A DNA stretch of 32,000 nt from Psychrobacter cryohalolentis K5 (GTDB lineage Bacteria; Pseudomonadota; Gammaproteobacteria; Pseudomonadales; Moraxellaceae): contig NC_007969.1 of NCBI RefSeq assembly GCF_000013905.1, positions 420,001 through 452,000 of the forward strand. The letters are read 5' to 3'. The notes beneath the pieces are model-generated. The model did no database searches. It saw only the letters and a program-made list of their open reading frames with translations, and was not told the origin of the DNA. The translations under genes were made by a program, and so were the position numbers. Positions 31,860 to 32,000 of the stretch are shown piece by piece. How positions within the stretch are numbered: position 1 is the stretch's first letter; each line of letters starts with the position of its first letter.

Positions 31860-32000
31860 ATTTATGTATCGAGAAAAGTAAGTTATTACATAAATTTATG
31901 ATTTAATAATGCTATACTAGCCACCCAAACACTTTGTAAATTGACAAAGTGTACATTAGCATAGCTATCTGTACGATGGATTCATCACCATAAGTCTATG

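Overview
This window looks like a core chromosomal segment of a gammaproteobacterium. Gene order, the OmpA type and the AT-leaning composition suggest Moraxellaceae, Psychrobacter-like, but that is inference and was not searched. Almost the whole window is housekeeping genes in well-known syntenic blocks. The genes, in order, are: birA (partial), a TauE/SafE permease, smc-zipA-ligA, two lipoprotein genes, ygiQ, an Lrp/AsnC regulator divergent from rarD, smpB, coaD-ferredoxin-bioA-bioD, RNase P RNA, a tRNA(CAT), lepA-lepB-DUF4845-rnc-era-recO-pdxJ, a FimT/GspH-like minor pilin, and an OmpA-family porin. I saw no CRISPR array, transposase, integrase or prophage genes. The main anomaly is a sharply AT-rich single-gene insertion at 9760-11376, directly behind ligA with its ribosome-binding site inside the last ligA codons. 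It encodes a 538-aa protein with N-terminal TPR-like repeats and a C-terminal region carrying the motif series of the uncharacterised DUF2971 family. This is my best candidate for an undescribed single-protein conflict or defence system. A second, weaker anomaly is an AT-rich patch at 29454-30610. It holds an orphan FimT/GspH-like pseudopilin gene and a 569-bp non-coding region upstream of ompA. All calls come from reading the translations and the sequence by eye. No database search, HMM or folding program was run.
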